A stretch of DNA of 64,000 nt from Chiloscyllium plagiosum (GCF_004010195.1 NC_057757.1:9560726-9624725); one strand, 5' to 3'. Positions 12,340 to 25,440 are shown, counted from the stretch's first letter. The notes: generated by a model not told the origin, from the letters alone. Translations and numbers: made by a program.

Positions 12340-12770
12340 TACCATAAGACCATAAGACACAGGAGCAGAAATTAGGCCATTCAGCCCATCGAGTCTGCTC
12401 TGCCATTCAATCATTGCTAAAACTTTCTCAACTCCATTCTCCTGCTTTCTACACATAACTCTTGATCCCCTAGATCAGCCATAAATATATTCAATGACCT
12501 TCCCTTCACAGCCTTCTGTGGCAGTGAATTCCATAGATTAATTACTCTCTGGCTGAAGAGGTTTCTCCTTATCTCCATTCTGTGCCCTTGGTCCTAGTCT
12601 CTCCTACCATGGAAACATCTTCCCAACGTCCGTTCTGTCCAGGCCATTCAGTATTCTATAAGTTTCAATTATATCCCTCTCTCATCCTTCTAAACTCCAT
12701 TGAGATTAGACCCAGAGTTCTCAAATGTTCATTAGCTTTTCATTCCTGGGACCATTTTCATGAACCTCCT
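12340..12770 (-). mobile_element. CR1 3' fragment
   Basis: (accataag) tail, aggccattcagccc hairpin, reverse-complement ORF2 C-terminal remnants. Confidence 0.8.
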
Positions 12771-12914
12771 CTGAGCACTGTCACTGAAGGAGCAGAAGAC
12801 CCTATTTTGGATAAAGCATTCCACTTGGTACTAATTATAGGATAGCGGTAACTTGGTCTTTTCAGCCTTATCTCTCTTACATAAGAATTAATGATAAGAC
12901 TGCCTGCCAGTTAC

Positions 12915-13045
12915 CTCTGGATGGTTTCCTCCATCTGTTTAGTTTTGTCATTGTCCTCCTGGAGCTGTTTCTTCATCCCCTCGTCTTCCTCTGCCACCGA
13001 TGACGGAGTTCCCTCCAGCAGCCATCGTTCCCGCAGAGCCTTGGA
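12915..13045 (-). CDS. PALM: Internal coding exon (131 bp, phase 0/2) of paralemmin-1, equivalent to the vertebrate exon encoding the SKALRERWLL segment
   Basis: Minus strand reads cctgattttcatttctttcctatcacag|TCCAAGGCT...ATCCAGAG|gtaact, with branch-like CTGAT, a pyrimidine tract and AG/GT ends. It translates to SKALRERWLLEGTPSSVAEEDEGMKKQLQEDNDKTKQMEETIQ(R), which matches human PALM SKALRERWLLEGTPSSASEGDEDLRRQMQDDEQKTRLLEDSVSR as recalled, better than PALM2 or PALM3. Confidence 0.9.
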
Positions 13046-13740
13046 CTGTGATAGGAAAGAAATGAAAATCAGGTGGATTCATAGTAACAGGACATGGTGC
13101 TGTCTGACCTCCACATCTGCCTCGTTTGATACATCAGCTTTCAATTTGAGTGCGGTTCCAATTTCTAAATTTGAAAGTGTGCCTGCAGATTTTAAACCCC
13201 ATTCTATACTGAGAAAGTTCCCAGTAGAAAATTAGGAAACTTCTTATTATCTATGATGAAATAAAACCTTTGCACCTGTGCAATTTTCTGTCTGCATTTT
13301 ACTTGGCCATTTCATTTTTTTGTCATACTTCTGCCTCAATTTCTAATTTGTAATTGCCAAGGAGACTGCCCTTGTGAACATGCCATGCTGCAATTACACC
13401 CAACAATCAGTGTCGATATTCTCGTCCCTCTTGTCTTTCAAATTTTTTGTGCTTCCTCAAATGCCAAGCTTTTTGTCATTTAAAGGTAACCATAACGCCA
13501 AATCAAAGTATCAGACAGAAACAAGGACACGGTGTACAACATTTAAAGTGGGGATTGTATTACATCTTCACAACTTCATCCATTTATTTCCAGCCATCAA
13601 ACCCTGCTGCACACACTCATCCCCAAGATACAGAGTATCACAAGAGATTGGTTTGCACATCATTATTGGTCAGAAGGGTCAGAATTTCAATAGATATTTC
13701 TTCTGCACGTTTTAGTGTTTGAAGAGTAGGCTATATTTTG

Positions 13741-14397
13741 ACACTCTCTGAAAGTTGCCACCCAGGTAAATAGGGCGGTGAAGAAGGCATATGGCGTACT
13801 GGCTTTTATTGGTAGAGGAATTGAGTTCCGGAGTCCTGAGGTCATGTTGCAGTTGTATAAGACTCTGGTGCAGCCGCATCTGGAGTATTGTGTGCAGTTT
13901 TGGTCACCATACTATAGGAAGGATGTGGAGGCACTGGAACAGGTGCAGAGGAGGTTTACCAGGATGTTGCCTGGTATGGTAGGAAGATTGTATGAGGAAA
14001 GGCTGAGGCACTTGGGGCTGTTTTCATTGGGGAAAAGAAGGTTTAGGGGTGACTTGATAGAGGTGTACAAGATGATTAGGGGTTTAGATAGGGTTGACCG
14101 TGAGAACCTTTTTCCACGTATGGAGTCAGCTATTACGGGGGGGCATAGCTTTAAATTAAGGGGTGGTAGGTACAGGACAGATGTTAGGGGTAGGTTCTTT
14201 ACTCAGCGAGTCGTGAGTTCATGGAATGCCCTGCCAGTAGCAGTGGTGGACTCTCCCTCTTTATGGGCATTTAAACGGGCATTGGATAGGCATATGGAGG
14301 ATAGTGGGCTAGTGTAGGTTAGGTGGGCTTGGATTGGCGCAACATCGAGGGCCAAAGGGCCTGTACTGCGCTGTATTTTTCTATGTTCTATGTTCTA
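13741..14397 (+). mobile_element. Young 5'-truncated CR1 with an intact ORF2 C-terminus
   Basis: ORF 13778..14317 (LQLYKTLVQPHLEYCVQFWSP...FFTQRVVSSWNALP); (ttctatg)n tail. Confidence 0.95.
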
Positions 14398-14739
14398 CTG
14401 CTGATTCTAATGAACTGCAGTCAAAATGCCAGTCACAATAACATTGTTTTTCAAATCATCTTCACATCAATTTTCACATGGACTCAGCTCTACCTGCGCA
14501 GCATCTCTGTCAGAATTCCTGTTCAATTCAAAGCCAATGGATTGAGCCAGGTCTTCCTCCAGTTGAAGACTCCTGTCTCACAATAAGTTCCACCACTCAC
14601 CCATCTCCCAGTATTCATGGATCTTCATGGGCTACATTCCCTTCAAATCTTCAACACATTCTAATGTTGTGAACTCTTCCAGCCTCTTGCATGGCCCTAA
14701 TTCCTCCAAAGACCTTACATCTATGCAATCCCCTCTCTT

Positions 14740-15840
14740 TAATAATAGATATAGCATCAAAAAATGGATTAGACAACTTGGCCTGTCGAGCCTACTCTGC
14801 CATTTAGCAGGATCTTTGCTGATTGCATTTGAATTCCATATTCCCACCTACTTACTGATTTCTTCTGCCATAAAGGTGTTTAATCCATTACCCTCTGGGG
14901 CAATGAGTTCCAAGGTCTTACAGCCCTCTGAGAAAGAAAAGAAATCCTCATCTCTGTTGTAAAAGGGTTACTCCTAAATCTCTATATGGTTGTTCCTAAT
15001 TCTGGTCTCATCAACAAAGGAAAATAACTTTCCCACATTCCCATTGTGAAGACCATTCAATACTCTACATTCTTCAGTCAAGGCATCCCTTACTCTAATA
15101 AACTCCAGTGCAACTAGCCCAATCTATTCAAGCTGTCCACTGATGTCAGATACCAATCTAGTAAATCCCCTTTCAATCACCTCCAAACGCATTTAAACCT
15201 TAAGGAGACCAAAACTACACACAGTATTCAAGATGCAGTCTCACTAATGCCCTATATAAATGAAGAATAATATCCTTGTTTTTATGTTCAATTCCTCGAT
15301 AAGGATAGCATTATTTTAGCTTGCTTAATTACTTGTTGCATCTTCATGCACTCAAACACTTCGATCTTTGCGTTTGATGCAGTTATTATCTGTTTAAGTA
15401 AAACTGTTTTTTTTATAATCTTCCAGTAAAAGCGAACAACCTGTCTTTTTCCCACAGTTTACTCCATCTGCCAGGCTCTTCTTCCCACTCACTCAATCTA
15501 CCTGTATCCGTCTGCAACCTTCTTCTATCCTCTTCATACTTTCCTAACCATCTTTGGGTCACCTGCAGATTTCACCCCCATGCATTTGCTTCTCCTATAC
15601 AATAAACTGGAAGAAGTTGAGGCCCTGGCACAGACCCTTGCCAATCAGGCGTTGGACCATTTATGAGATATTGCCTGTTTTCTGTCAGCCAGCCAATCTT
15701 CTATTTGAAATAACCTGCTTAGTGATTGATTGGGACATGTCTCCTAAGACCCATGTCAAACTAACGAGTTTATTTTTTTCTGTATCTAGTCCCTTCTTGA
15801 ACAGAGAAGTAATCTTGCTAATTTTCTGCCTCTCCAGAAT
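14740..15840 (-). mobile_element. Highly degraded CR1-type fragment
   Basis: gagaccaaaactacacacagtattcaagatgcagtctcac is the reverse complement of VRxHLEYCVxFWS. Confidence 0.6.
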
Positions 15841-15854
15841 CTAGAGACTCAATA

Positions 15855-16192
15855 CAGCACAGTGGCTCAGTGGTTAGCACTGCTGCCTCACAGCACCAGA
15901 GACCTGGGTTCAATTCCAACCTCGGGCAACTGTCTATGTGGAGTTTGCACATTCTCCCCGTGTCCGTGTGGTTTTCCTACGGGTGCTCTGGTTTCCTCCA
16001 ATAATCCAAAGGTTTGCATGTCAGGTGGATTGGCCATGCTAAATTGCCCATAGCATTCAGGAATGTGTAGGAATAGTGCATTGGTCAGGGTTAAATATAC
16101 AATGGGGGAATTGGTCTGTGTGGGTTATCCTCCGGAGGATCGGTGTGGACTTGCTGGGCCGAAGAGCCTATTTCCACACTGTAGGGATTCTA
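15855..16192 (+). mobile_element. HE1-like SINE
   Basis: Complete head, body and tail. Confidence 0.88.
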
Positions 16193-16362
16193 CAAAAAAA
16201 ATTCTAAAGTTGTTAAACTTTGGTGTTTCTTTTTTTCAATGCCTGTCTCTTTATAAGTTGCACTGGTGAATTCCTTTAGAAGATAGTCTCTTTTGGTGTA
16301 AGGGTAGTATCCTCTACCTCTGGCCCAAGGGTTCAAGTCTTAATTGCCCTGGGGATGTGTTA

Positions 16363-19090
16363 TAGAACACAGAACATTCCAGTGCAGTACATGCCCTTCA
16401 GCCCTTGATGTTATGCCGACCTGTGAAACCAATTTGAAGCTCATCTGACCAACAATATTCCACTCTCATCCACATGCCTATCCAATGACCATTTAAATGC
16501 TCTTAAAGTTGGTGAGTCTACAACTGCTGCAGGAGTGTGTTCCACACCCCTACTACACTCTGAGTAAAGAATCAACCTCTGATATCTGCCTTATATCTGT
16601 CAACCCTCAATTTAAAGCTATATCCCCTCATGCTAGCCATCACCAACTGAGGAAAAAGGTGAAGAAGGGCTAATGCCCGAAACGTCGATTCTCCTGTTCC
16701 CTAGATGCTGCCTGACCTGCTGCGCTTTTCCAGCAACACATTTCCATCTCTGATCTCCAGCATCTGCAGACCTCACTTTCTTCTCTCACTGTCCACCCTA
16801 TCTAACCCTCTGATTATCTTATATGCCACAATTAAGTCACCTTTTGACCTTCTTCTCTCTACAGAAAACAGCCTCAAGTCCCTCAGCCTTTCCTCATAAC
16901 ACTATCCCTCCATACTAGGCAACATCCTAGCAAATCTCCTCGGAACCCTTTCGAAAACTTCCACATCCTTCCTATAATGTGGTGACCAGAACTGTACGCA
17001 ATACTCCAGTGCAGCCTCAGCAAGACCTCATAGTTCCGAAACTCAATCTCTCTACTAATAAAAGCTAGCACACCGTATGACTTCTTAACAACCCTATCAA
17101 CCTAGGTGGAAACTTTCAGGGATCTAAGTACATAGACACCAAGATCTCTCTGCTCATCTCTACTACCAAGAATCTTACCATTAGCCCAGCACTCTGTATT
17201 CCTGTTACTCTTTCCAAAGTGAATCACCTCACACTTTTCCGCATTAAACTCCATTTGCCACCTCTCAGCCCAGCTCTGCAGCTTACCTGTATCCCGTGGT
17301 AACCTACAACATCCTTCGGCACTATCCACAACTCTACCGACCTTAGTGTCATCCACAAATTTACTAACCCATCCATCTACGTCTTCATCTAGGTCATTTA
17401 TAAAAATGACAAACAGCAGTGGACCCAAAACAGATCCTTGTGGTACACCACTAGCATCTGAACTCCAGGATGAATATTTCCTATCAATCACCACCCTCTG
17501 TCTTCTTTCAGTTAGCCAATTTCTGATCCAAAATACCATCCCTCCGTATTTTGTGCAATAGCCTACCATGGGGAATCTTATCAAATGCCTTATGAAATCC
17601 ATATACACCACATCAACTGCTTTACCCTCATCCACCCATTTGGTTACCTTCTCAAAGAGCTCAATGAGGTTTGAAAGGCACGACCTGCCCTTCACAAAAT
17701 TGTGTTGACTATCCCTAATCAACTTATTCCTTTCTAGATGATTATAAATCCAATCTCTCATAGCCATTTCCAACATTTTACCCACAACTGAAGTCAGGCT
17801 CACTGCTCTATAATTACCAGGGTTGTCTCTACTCCCCTTCTTGAACAGGGGGCAATATTTGTTGTCCTCCCATCTTCTGGCACTATTTCTGTAGACAATT
17901 ATGACATAAAGATCAAAGCCAAAGGCTCTGCAATCTCCTCTCTAGCTTCCTAGAAAATCTGAGAATAAATCCCATCCAGCCCAGGGGACTTAACTATTTT
18001 TACACTTTTCAGATATTGCTAACAACGCCTCCTTGTGAGCCTCAATCCCATCTAGTCTAGTAGCCTCTATCTCAGTATTCTCCTTGACAACACTGTCTTT
18101 TACTAATCTGAATACTGAGGAAAAATATTCATTTAGTGCTTCCCCTATCTCCTCAGACTTCACACAATTTCCCACTACTATCCTTGATTGGCCCTAATTT
18201 TAGTCTAGTCATTCTTTTATTCCTGATATACCTATAGAAAGCTTTAGGATTTTCCTTGATCCTATCTGCCAATGACTTCTCATGTCCCTCCTGGCTCATC
18301 TTATCTCTCTCTTTGGGTCTTTCCTGGCTAACGTGTAACTCTCAAGCGTCCGAACTGAGCCATGACATCTCATCCCAACATAAGCCTTATTCTTCCTCTT
18401 GACAAGAGATTCAACTTCCTTAGTAAACCACGGCTCCCTTGCTCAACAACTTCCTCCCTGCCTGACAGGTACATACTTATCAAGGTCACGCAGTAGCTGT
18501 TCTTTGAATAAGCTCCACATTTCAATCGTGCCCATCCCCTGCAGTTTCCTTCCCCATCCTGTGCATCCTAAATCTTTCCTAATCGCCTTAATTGCCTTTC
18601 CCCCAGCTATAACTCTTGCCCTGTGGCATATACCTATCCCATTCCATCACTAAAGTAAACATAACCGAATTGTGGTCACTATCACCAAAGTGCTCACCTA
18701 CCTCCAAATCTAACACCTGGCCAGGTTCATTACCAGTACCAAATCCAATGTGGCCTCTCCCCTTTTGGCCCGTCTACGGTACTGTGTCAGGAAACCCTCC
18801 TGCATACATTGGACAAAAACTGACCCATCTAAAGTACTTGAAGTATAGTATTCCCAGTTAATATTTGGAAAGTTAAAGTCCCCCATAACAACTACCCTGT
18901 TACTCTCACTCTTATCCAGAATCATCTTTGCTATCCTTTCCTCTACATCTCTTGTTCGGTGCCTACAGAAAACTCCCAACAGGGCGACCTCTCCTTTCCT
19001 GTTTCTAACCTCAGCCCATACTACCTCAGTAGATGAATTGTCAAATGTCCTTTTTGCCCCCGTAATACTGTCCTTGGCTACCAATGCCAA
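16363..19090 (-). mobile_element. CR1 LINE, ~2.7 kb, partial endonuclease + RT + tail, frameshifted; Penelope-like fragment inserted at ~16660-16785
   Basis: ORF 18710..19090 (VVVMGDFNFPNINW, APE domain) and ORF 17102..17803 (GVPQGSVLGPLLFVIFINDLD..SKFVDDTK, RT domain). Confidence 0.95.
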
Positions 19091-21339
19091 CCCCCAACCC
19101 GAACAGTGGGTTTAAACTAATTATAATGTGCCTCAGCAGGTTGATTGAAAGAAGGAGCTTGGTTCCTTAAGATGAGAGGCTGTTCTGGCACAGTTATTGT
19201 GTTCCTATCTCTGGGCCAAGAGGCCAAGGCTCAAGTCCAACCTCCTCCATAGGTGTGTAACAATAGCTCAGAAGAGGTTTATTAGTAAATCAGAAAGAAG
19301 GCTCCTTTGGACATAGGAATCTTTGATCTATCATTAGGTAATCACAGGTATTAAAATTGGGGCAGTGTATCAGTTAGTCAAGGTTAGATCCTATCTGCCA
19401 CACTAAAGTTACTGGGGAATTTTCAATGAAGCAGTGATAATAATAAGCTACCGACTTGGAACAGCTGTATTTCTGAACTGAGAACTATCTGGATACTTGG
19501 CAGAGGATTTCAAACAGGACATCACTCAGGGATACTTCTGAAATGAAATGTGAGCAGCAAAGATATTAATTTGAAGTTTCTCCATTGCTCAGTCTCAAAT
19601 AACTTGTCAGGTGACACAAACAGTTTAAAATAAAAGGATGAAGGGGCTCATTGCTTACACTGACATCACCTTTGTCAAGAACATATGCTGCAATTTCCCA
19701 TACTAGCATTGAACCATAGCATTATCTATAAACGTACACAATGACACCTTATAGCAATGTGATGATATACTATAGATTAACAGCATTCAATAGTAACATT
19801 ATATAATGTTATGATACACGGGTAACTCCCTATAGTAACTCCATTATAAAATGTTATATACAGTCAGCAACTCTGTATCACGACAGGTTATTAAATACAG
19901 ATGTTGACTTCCTATAGTAACTAAATGGCACAATATTGTTACGTACAGACACTAACTGTTATAATGTTATTGCATATATTGTAGTTAGCAAATACCTTTA
20001 GTAATATTATGATAGATTACGGTATACAGATAGTGCCTCCCTACAGTAACATGATCCTATCATGTCATATATAATGTCAGGTAACCACACGCAATTGCTT
20101 ATGGTAAACAACTTTAAGATAACTAGATAAAGAAACATAGAAAATGTGAGCTAATGCACTTTGCCAGACCTGTTACATGCAAAGATTGTATCTTATAAAT
20201 GACTGGCTATTCTATCCATAGCCGCAGAAATGTTGAAAGGCTGCAGAGCAAGTTGAGAAAGATGGTGAAAATTGTCTGTGAGTTAATAAACAGAGGAGCA
20301 CAATGTCACGCCAGCTGTGGGTCAGCTGGTAACATTCTTTTCACTGGGTCAAGAAGGTTTTGGGTTCATGTCCAACTTCACTGCTGTCAGAACAAACTTT
20401 CAATGCTGTACTGTCAGAGGCACCGTGTTTAATGTTTGATCATGAACACACACGTAGTGATTCCCAATGGTAAAATCATGCTGAAATATTATGTCAAACT
20501 GGGTCTGTAGGATCCTGTAGGAACATCATGCTACAATACTACTGTGTACTAACATTGTGTTATAATAGTCTCATATTCTTAGCCATTGCTTACAGTAACA
20601 CCAATACACAATGTACGCACACATTTCCTGTGGCACAGTATTGTCCCACACACTGGCCCAATCACTCACTGTGTTAACATCATTATACAGTGACCTGGAT
20701 CTTTTGATAGAAATAATTATGAGACTACCAGCATTCACACTTAGTAAGGAGTAAATTGTTCAGTGACCTCTGGAATGTACACCTGCAGAGTTAGATGGGT
20801 GAATCTGAAAGTAGATGTCTGATTTCTCCACTTTGTCTAAAGGCTTTTCTACAGTGGAGCCTCACTGAGAGACTGACATTCAAATATACAAATGGCAAGA
20901 CATTCCTGCATTTACCCATTAGTTACTTCCTAAACACATCGGCGTAGTCAGATATAAATTGTTTTAATTCATTTAAAATTTTTGACTATATTAGTAACAG
21001 TCAAACAACTTCTCAGGCACTTCTTTTTGCAATTACTTCAGAGATTAATCATTGCTGGAGATACCTTTTCTCAGGAGGTTAAGGAATTATAGGTTGGATT
21101 TTCACAGCATTGGGAATTCTAAGTAGATCTTTAAAAACGGGGTGGTTCGAGCCTAGATGTGGGTCTCTTAACCTGATTTCAGCTATATCCAGGTTTTGCC
21201 AAGTTGTGATTCACACAAGAGGGAATTCTAAACTCACTGTGGCCAACTTGAACTCAATACTGAGTTCAAACAGACCCAAATTTGGCCTTAACCCTCAATT
21301 CTAGGATCATGAATTGATGGAGTAGATGTAAATGAATGA

Positions 21340-22005
21340 ATAAATGATTTATTGTCATATATAGCGAGGCAGATACAGCGAAGAGTGTTCTGTTGCCACA
21401 ATAGGGCACCATTTTGAAGTACAAAAGGGTGAACAGGAAATACTTAAACAGAATTCATCTTCATCAGCCGGGTTCCCAAACATGGCTCCAGGACAACAGC
21501 AAGGTCCCCTCTTTGGGCCTACTGCTGCGAGGGGTCCCTGCTCCTTCATGCCTTGCTACCAATTCCAGGAGTCTACATATCGGGCCTGGGAAGCCAGGAA
21601 TCCCTGGTCAGGTCATCACCGATGTCGTTTGCAGCCTCCCTGCGATGTCAAGAAGGTGAAAGAAAGAAGAAAAGAAAAAAGGATGAAAAGGGAGAGAGAG
21701 AAAAGAAAAGGCCGTGGCTGGCTTTAAGCAGACGGGCCTACCATGCCTGTGCTGCCATCTTGAATAGCTAGGCCCGTGGTCTCCTGCTGTATGCTCCGTA
21801 CTACAGGGCCCTGTTTTGAGGATGCGGTAAAAGCCTTAAAAGAGAAGGAAACTATAGAAGCAAAAGGAAAAATAAAGAAGATGGAGGTGGGCGAACCTCG
21901 GAGCAGGAGCTCAAGCATAGCTTCTCCTTCGCCATCACAAGGAAGTTCTGTACAACTGCCGAGATCTGGAACATTTATAAATGCCCCATTCTTTAAATTT
22001 AAGAA
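21340..22005 (-). mobile_element. Unclassified CpG-rich non-autonomous repeat, possibly Rex1/Babar-dependent
   Basis: Minus-strand end tgacaataaatcattt resembles the Rex-like tails at 44620 and 61465. Internal aagatggc motif and GA-rich blocks; related fragment at ~12210-12340. Confidence 0.4.
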
Positions 22006-22425
22006 GAAAGACTGTCTGCTGGATCAGCAGGTGTAGGTTAAAAAAAAAAACCCACCAGCATCTGATAGAGGTCCCAGCACCTGACAGTTTCACTGAGAAT
22101 GTTCAGTTTCAGACAAGCTCTTTGTTCACATTTCCCCAAGACTATCATCATGTCATTATGAATGCTTGGCTAAGTTTCAAAAGATACAATTATCTCAGCG
22201 ATGGATCTAAGTTCATGGATTGACACGACTACAAGAGGCTATTAAAGGAATAGCTGTCTTTGATGTCGGGTCTGAAAGATACTTGTTTTTATGAGAAATT
22301 AACCATTTGAGGAGATTGGATAGATTTTGTGAATGGGAGATTTTTTCATTATCAAGTGTGCACAAATGAGAGAAAAATGAGTTTATTTTTCATCCCCGCA
22401 TTACTCTGGGGGATCTGTACATAGT

Positions 22426-22560
22426 AGGCAGAAGTGAGGACTGCAGATGCTGGAAACCAGAGTTTAAATTAGAATGGTGCTGGAAAAGCCCAGCAGGTCA
22501 GGCAGCATCTGAGGAGCAGGAAAATCGACGTTTCGAGCAAGAGCCCTTCATCAGGAATGT
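22426..22560 (-). mobile_element. Penelope-like terminus containing a hammerhead motif
   Basis: Same consensus as 1934-2065 and 44297-44430. A second decayed copy lies at 22862-22960. Confidence 0.75.
22523..22558 (-). ncRNA. Minimal type I hammerhead ribozyme (family 1, intact core)
   Basis: Minus strand: auuc CUGAUGA a GGGC ucuu GCUC GAAA CG UC gauu. Confidence 0.7.
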
Positions 22561-23731
22561 GTACTGGGTAAGTGGTTATGAAAAGACCATGGGATATATA
22601 AAGGGCCATAGGAAATGGGAGGGAGTGCTGAGGAGTGGTGAGGGCCTAACAGTTATTAGAACAATTGAAAGGAAATGCCTCAAAACTAGCCTTTTAACTA
22701 GGCTGCCTCAGTTGGTGGCTGAAATCTGGCTTTCTCGAGATTCATTACAGTACAGGAGGGAAAAATTCAGCCCAATGTGGTATCTCTGAGCCTATCCAAA
22801 TAATTCATCAAGCTTTCAATATTCCCCAGCTATGGTCTCAAGTCATGTTTTGAACATAAAAGTTAGAGTCAAAAAGTGTGATGCTGGAAAAGCACAGGAG
22901 GTCAGGCAACATCCGAGGAGCAGGAGAGTTGACATTTTGGGTATAAGCCATTCATCTGACACGAAAGTTGGATCTGACCGAATGTAGCTGCATTTTAACA
23001 TATGCCTCTGTAAAGGTGTGCAAATGATGACCCTCTCCCATTCCCAGCAAAACTGTCAGGTGCTGGGACCTCTGGAGCTCGCTGTCAGTCACTATCTCTG
23101 GTGCCACAATATTTTAGATCTTTATCTGTCTCAGGAAGGATTCTTTGAGCTTATTGTTTGAGGGGCCACTCTCCCCTTTGCTTTGCTCCCACACAACTCT
23201 GATCCTCATGAGGCAGCAAATTACTGGAAAGAAATGCCAACAGTTGCTGCTCAAAATGCCAATCATCCCAATGGGCAACGTTAAATAATGACAAACCTTG
23301 TTCCTTCACCACTGACCATAAAATCAAGGCCACTATTACTAATGGACAAACACAGCAAATCCCCCTTCATAGTATCATTGAGCAATGTTATCCTATACAG
23401 ACACCGTGAATAATCATAGTAATAACATCTCCATATCTATAAACATAATTCCCTGCTGCAATGGCCACAGCCCAGTGTAGTAATGTAAGATTTACAGTGA
23501 TTCAAGCACTGTGGAGGTAGACATGTTTTCGTAATGGTCAATGTGAATCTTGCCTCGTATATTGCACCATTAAGGTCTCCATGGAGACAGTGCAGAATAT
23601 TTTTGAGGAGGTGGTGGGGGTAGGGGTGGGGGCGTGTGAATGTCACAGTACACATAGGAAATAATAGAAAGGATTGAGTTGATTTCCTTCACAGTTCAGG
23701 AATTAGGGAGGAAGTACAAGAGCTGGACCTC

Positions 23732-24167
23732 TGTAATGATTGGAATGAGGTAGGCAGGTGGATCTCAATGAATATGAGTTCCCTGATTAGCTCAAGGTAA
23801 CAGCCCCAATCGGGGAGCCCTGGCTGACAGATATAAACAGGAGTTTTAGGGATTCTCCTCTCTCTAGGGATTGGCTCTGAGCTAGTCAGTCAGAGTCCAC
23901 GTACTTGGAGAGATAGCATACCCTTTTGGATAGACTCAGAGATACCTTACTGGGTTGAATAGTCCCTTCCTGTACAGTAATGAGTCTCTAGAAAACCAAA
24001 CTTTGGCCACCATGCTGAGGCAGTCTGGTTCGAAGGCTAGTTCTGAGGTTCCTCTCCTTTGTTTTAATAATTGTCAGGCCCTCACCACTCCTCAACACCT
24101 ATTCCATCTCCTATGTAAATGAAGGGTCACTTGGTGATTGGATACAAGTGTCTGTGGAGTTATTTCA
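23732..24167 (+). mobile_element. Solo LTR of the Gypsy family at 51918-56812, with a perfect ACCTC TSD, interrupted by a ~210-bp insertion (~23905-24113)
   Basis: TGTAATG...GAGTTATTTCA ends; ACCTC at 23727-23731 and 24168-24172; homologous to the reverse complement of 56580-56812. Confidence 0.88.
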
Positions 24168-25287
24168 ACCTCAGTCCTTGGTTCAGTCCCTCACCTATAC
24201 ACTTGTGAGTGAAGGTATCAGATGTGGCTGTAGAAATGGAGAAATAGAAGCATGCTTTCAAGTTAATGGGTTAGAGAAACATTTCTACTGCCTGTTCAAG
24301 GCAGATACATAGCACCTTACCTGGGACTGAATTCCTTCGGACGTTGGCGATGGGGTGGGATGGGGGAGGGTAGGTTCACTGAGATTTTTCACTACATCAT
24401 TAAACCTATTGTGGCTCAGTATTATACTTAATTTTATATGAACACTTTTGCGAATCACCTTCAAAGATTTCTTTACATTAAAGTCACTACACAGATATAA
24501 AGTTGGGAGTCGTGCTGGGATAAAGAGTAGTTCAAGAAGAGGGAGGGATCTGACAGGGACTAATGGGAAGCACATTAATATGCCATTGGACTTCAGGCAG
24601 ATAAATACATGGAATGTGCATCATACAGTTGGTGAGCTGTAGACACAAGTTCCAAATGGAATGATAATATGGTGGCAATGACAAAGATCCAATTCTAAGA
24701 AGAGGAGATTTGGGAAGTTAATATTCCCAGCATTAAGATAATCTGGAATAATAAGAAAACAGAAAAAAGGAGATAGTATTCATTTAAGAAATTATAGCAC
24801 TGGGCAGAGATTATGTTGCTGAGGGGTGAAAAACAGAATATATTAGATTAGAATTAAAGAACAATAGAGTATTAAAGTATGAGTGTATATTACAGGCAGC
24901 AAATAGTCACCTGCATCTCACTCAATGTCCCTAAATCATCCAAGCAGTTCTCTGACATTCAGCACTGGATGAGCAGATACACCCTGTAATAGATATTTGG
25001 GAGAGGAAACCATTGCCTTCCACACCAGTCACACACACCATTTCTAAATCATTACCCCCTCCATCCCGTTTCTGCGAATTATCTGAGAGTAAACCACTCA
25101 CTGCTCATGACCTTGGTGTAAAACTAGACTCTGGGATGAGTTCTGACCACACACACTAGCATCAATGAAAAACTATCAATTCCCACCTCTGTATCATCAC
25201 TCAAATCCACGCCTGCCTCGGTTCAATCAGCTGCAACCCTCATTCAGGCCTTTGTTAACTCTAGACCTCTCTACGTCAATGCATTAC

Positions 25288-25440
25288 TCCTGCACATCTT
25301 TGGACTGTGGGAGGAAACTAGTGCACGCGGCAGAAATGGGGAGAATGTGCAAACTCTGCACAGATGTCTGAGACTGGAATCAAAGCTGTGTCCCTGGTGC
25401 TGTGAGGCAGCGGTGCTAATGACTGATCTATTGCACTGTC
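25288..25440 (-). mobile_element. HE1-like SINE, 5' half
   Basis: cctgcacatctttggactgtgggaggaaa...tgtgaggcagcggtgctaa. Confidence 0.8.
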
